NCBI GenBank assembly: GCA_051362555.1
Contig: CM120641.1
Span: 26,604,401-26,668,400 of the forward strand
Source of the DNA: Lingula anatina
Lineage: Eukaryota > Animalia > Brachiopoda
Direction: 5' to 3'
Length of the DNA: 64,000 nt
The notes beneath the pieces are model-generated. The model searched no databases and was not told the origin of the DNA. It worked only from the letters and a program-made list of their open reading frames with translations. This document shows positions 61,507 through 64,000 of this stretch, piece by piece. Every line of letters begins with the position of its first letter. Position 1 is the first letter of the stretch. Position numbers and translations under genes: made by a program.

Positions 61507-62666
61507 TTAATAAAATAAATCGTAAACTACTGGCGTTGGATGGCCCTCCATGGATGCGTTGGAGCAGAATGTGTTTGCTGTTCCGTCTTGATTGTGTTTT
61601 AGACGAGTCACTCCGTTGGTTCCATGAACGTGGCCAAAAACATGGATCTTCGGCCTAAAAGTAAGTAGATAACACTTGTATCTGTTTGTCTACATTAAAA
61701 GAACATGGGGTAAAAAGAGAGAGGGTTTTGAACCAGAAAGGACCTAGGGGCAACGTCTGCCACACACAAAAAGTACACAAAAATAAAAAAAGGAAAAAAG
61801 GGAATAACCTTTTAAAAATTGTATAAAATATAGTCAATATTACACTACCATGCGGGTTAGAAATTATTACTGGTAAAAACAAAGACAAACTGGATTAAAT
61901 TAAAGCATCCAATAACTTCATCCTGTCCTAATCCAAGAACCATTTAATCGGAGATTGTCAAGAATATTTACCTGATTCTCTTTAGAGCATCCAACAACCC
62001 TTTGCTTCCGAAATAATGGACACTTAGGGGATGCGCCCGCGATTCACAAAATTTGCATGGATCAAAAGACATTGTCTTAAAACGGCCTCTGTATATGTAT
62101 TCCTTGTCTCGTATACCAAGGGGAGGCATGTGAGTCACCAAGACGTCTATGTCATCTGGTAATTTTGACCACCTAGAATCAAGTTCTTCTATTGGCTCCG
62201 TAAATGCATCGGCTCTGCTGCTTGAACGAGATGCGGTCCAAGGAGAGCCGTAAAATTTCAAACCCTCTATCTCTATCCAGTCATCTTGCAAGTAGGTGAA
62301 ATTTCTAACGTTATTTCGAATCTCCTGACTTGTATGTTTCTCTAGATTTAAGTCATGATTGCCTGCTACAAATATTTTGTGCTTGTGCGGCAAACTTCCG
62401 AAGAATTTGTCAAGGGCCTTAAGTTCATATCTATAATCTATTTCTTTAAACCATTTCCTAAAAAAATTAAAGTTAGAGAAGTCCCCTGAATGTACTAAAA
62501 CGTCCCCGCCAGGGATATGTGGGGCGTATTCCCGGTGTTTATTGTGGGTGTCGGAGATATGAACAATGCGCAACACACGTGCGTCTGATCTTTCTTTGGC
62601 GTCTCTGTCCACTTCATATACCCCGTGCTTGTTTGGTTTGATATCGAACAGCAAGTTTGATTCCAT
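61507..62666 (-). CDS. Metallophosphoesterase, MPPED1/2 (239FB/239AB)-family-like, 2 coding exons (62666-61972, 61654-61507), 280 aa
   Basis: All five calcineurin-like motifs are present: HISDTH, HSGDFS, VAGNHD, LVTHMPP and, in exon 2, RPKIHVFGHVH. Donor AG|gtaaat, acceptor ttttag|G. A 5'UTR intron is likely (acceptor at 62685, donor cag|gtaagt at 63463). Confidence 0.88.
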
Positions 62667-64000
62667 GTTCTTTTTAAATGGACACTGTAAAGAAAAATAT
62701 TGAATATATTTTATTTAATTACCACTTACGCGATTATTAGTCTGTCCATCTGTTCATCCATCCAGGCTTCCTTCACTTCTCATATTCATTTATATATATG
62801 ATACATCCTTAAACCACTAATTCCACTTATACTTTTGTGCTAAATCATTCATTCAAACATTCTCTCAAACAATAAATTAAATTATTTATCTATTGAACAC
62901 CTCTCTGTGTGTGCTTATGTGCGAGTGTCCAAAATAATTCATTCAGTTATCAATTTGTCAATGAAAAGGCAAAGAAAATATAAAGCACTGAGACTGACCA
63001 ATATAGATCGATATAATATGAAAAGAAAATTTATGGGTCATATTAAGTTTGTTGACTTTCTTTATACCGGGGTATTCTACCCAGGCCTGCTTGTCACTTT
63101 AATTAGTAAATAATAAATTTAAAGCGCTTCTCTTCGGTATTGACACGTGAGCGTGCAGGTAATAACCATGACATATCCTCACACCTCTACACGTTACGCC
63201 ACGTGCGGCTGTTATTTACATTAAGGACATTATACAAATTAAATGTTTGCCAGCTAGGCATGATATCATGTTTATTGAGAGATGAACGTCAATTTTTTAA
63301 AAATAATTGCACACATAACCTGTCTACTACAACCGCAAGAAGTGCAAGTGGCATGCTATGGGGAAGCGCTGAAACTTGTCAATGCAGTTAAACTCCTTCT
63401 TCTGCATTCTGGTAGTTTCTCGCGAATGTTTTTTACTCTGTATCAAGTTCAATGGATACTTACCTGAGATAAATATGCATAAGAAACCTAGGTGTCAGGC
63501 ACTGGTAGGTGACTCCGCTCTGCTTAGCCTTCGCTTTCCGTCACGTGTGCTGGTTATAGAGAGAAGAGGTTCTAAAAGACAGGGGTTCTGGAAGAACGTG
63601 ATACTTGACATAAATGTCAACTGATAAACAAAGTGAAATGTACGTGATGTCTTGGTGACAGACACACACACACACTGTCAATTCATCAAGTAACAATATA
63701 CACTATGTAATTGGTTAAAATTAACCTGATAACTGTTTTCAAATTAATAAATGGACACAATCCCATTTATCGAAAATTAGTAAAGTTTAAGTAAATCCTG
63801 TTGAATAAAAGCTGTCTGAAGTCATTGAGTGCAAATATACTTTCCGCACTAGTTGACTCCTAACATAATAATGCTTGCACTTTTAGGTAAAATAATTAAT
63901 TAAAATAAGTGAACATTCTAGCAATAAAACACCGATAAAACTGTAACTATTTAATTTTATCTGTCTCCTAAAAGGACACCCCAGTGTTCGTCTCTTCCTC

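Overview
AT-rich, intron-rich animal genomic DNA. It is probably an invertebrate (lophotrochozoan- or invertebrate-deuterostome-like), but the taxon is an inference. Eight protein-coding genes were rebuilt by hand from splice sites and reading-frame phase. In order: MTRFR/C12orf65 (-), glutaredoxin-like C5orf63 (-), SCCPDH (+, 12 exons, one GC-AG intron), PACS1/2-like (+, 22 coding exons over 34 kb), FAM50/XAP5 (-), NOXRED1 (+), an Hlx homeobox gene (-; its homeodomain is invisible in the ORF track) and an MPPED/239FB-type metallophosphoesterase (-). The most unusual arrangement is that the MTRFR ORF starts 20 nt after the C5orf63 stop codon, apparently on the same terminal exon. This suggests a dicistronic unit of two mitochondrial proteins, driven from a 135-bp bidirectional gap shared with SCCPDH. 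Introns hold about 12 palindromic Tourist/Harbinger-like MITEs (two nested), a hAT-like MITE, a 2-kb Sola2-like element with a decayed coding relic, and a Helentron-like tandem-repeat array. CpG density appears to rise sharply at about 53.9 kb, at the edge of the Hlx domain. Family assignments come from recalled motifs, not database searches. No rRNA, tRNA or CRISPR was found.
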